From the NCBI GenBank assembly GCA_028691835.1, contig JAQUYN010000001.1:21122-85121 (forward strand): a stretch of DNA of 64,000 nucleotides, given 5' to 3'. Of the stretch, positions 63,763 to 64,000 are shown one piece after another. Source of the stretch: Alphaproteobacteria bacterium. GTDB taxonomy: Bacteria; Pseudomonadota; Alphaproteobacteria; UBA9219. The position numbers and the translations under genes were made by a program. The notes beneath the pieces were generated by a model, which was not told the origin of the DNA, ran no database searches, and saw only the letters and a program-made list of their open reading frames with translations. Position 1 is the stretch's first letter, and each line of letters starts with the position of its first letter.

Positions 63763-64000
63763 TTACATGCCGCCCATAGTGCTTGCTTTTGACACTTCAG
63801 TAACAACAGCAAACACAGATTGCATCGCCCAAGCAATCGTACCACCAACGACAACCAAGCCGATGTTTCGCGTTACGCCCGCTTGCGCCTTCAAGGAATC
63901 AATTTGTTCCCGAATCCACTCATTCGTGACTTGTTCGATGACGCTACCAACATCGGCACGTTCGGACAAAATCTCAAGATCAATGGCAACGGCAGGATCA
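63763..64000 (-). CDS. hypothetical membrane protein, 5'-partial (continues beyond right edge)
   Basis: The frame stays open to position 64000 (...DPAVAIDLEILSERADVGSVIEQ...). C-terminal TM-like NIGLVVVGGTIAWAMQSVFAVV. It appears to be cotranscribed with the pilin pair. Confidence 0.4.
   Translation of the reverse strand, partial: DPAVAIDLEILSERADVGSVIEQVTNEWIREQIDSLKAQAGVTRNIGLVVVGGTIAWAMQSVFAVVTEVSKASTMGGM

Noticed and set aside
63087-63854. ORF-track start at 63854 for the second pilin-like gene, which adds a 35-aa Cys/Leu-rich N-terminal extension.
   Set aside because: GTG 63749 has a good SD and gives a normal short prepilin leader. The longer form would bury the prepilin cleavage motif about 50 residues in.
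1-64000. Looked for CRISPR arrays, rRNA genes and long tandem arrays.
   Set aside because: I saw no regularly spaced direct repeats with unique spacers and no rRNA-like sequence. The only tandem repeats are short in-frame coding repeats: 15-bp units at ~34977..35021, a GCTGGG run at ~34851..34880, and acidic repeats at ~57480..57600.

Overview
This looks like an alphaproteobacterial chromosome segment, judged from flaF/flbT, the cpa/tad locus, xerD-aroK-aroB, rplM-rpsI and grpE. Main blocks, left to right:

1. **1-16.1 kb, phage-derived element.** It is the right-hand part of a prophage or phage-derived element abutting the 3' end of a minus-strand tRNA-Ala(GGC). It holds XRE-type regulators, an EgtD-like methyltransferase moron, a cI-like repressor and a replication operon (Toprim, C5-methyltransferase, DUF1376). 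A tightly coupled late operon follows: ParB-like, a double-ParB-methyltransferase fusion, a HAD-like protein, a CmoA-like methyltransferase, terS and terL. The element ends with a serine-less resolvase-domain gene and a large serine recombinase whose ORF reads into the tRNA. No portal, head or tail genes follow terL.
2. **16-37 kb, core genes.** grpE, rpsI/rplM, LPS/O-antigen genes (GT9, GT2, rfbB, rfbD, GT4, CapD-like), secA, xerD, aroK and aroB.
3. **38-45 kb, flagellar cluster.** A FlaG-like gene, a glycosyltransferase, a flagellin with an apparent 1-nt frameshift, flbT, flaF, fabI and motBA.
4. **45.4-53.8 kb, cpaABCDEF-tadBC.** No flp pilin gene is visible.
5. **54-64 kb, mixed genes.** These include a B12-type radical SAM gene, an MCP, ISAs1 and IS30 transposase remnants, tRNA-Glu(UUC) and two tandem type IV pilin-like paralogs.

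Two repeat families are scattered across the window. One is a ~180-bp MITE-like element with TAA/TTA target duplications, present at 5 loci, one of them nested. The other is a ~150-bp palindromic element.

All calls rest on reading the supplied translations and sequence by eye. No database search was run.
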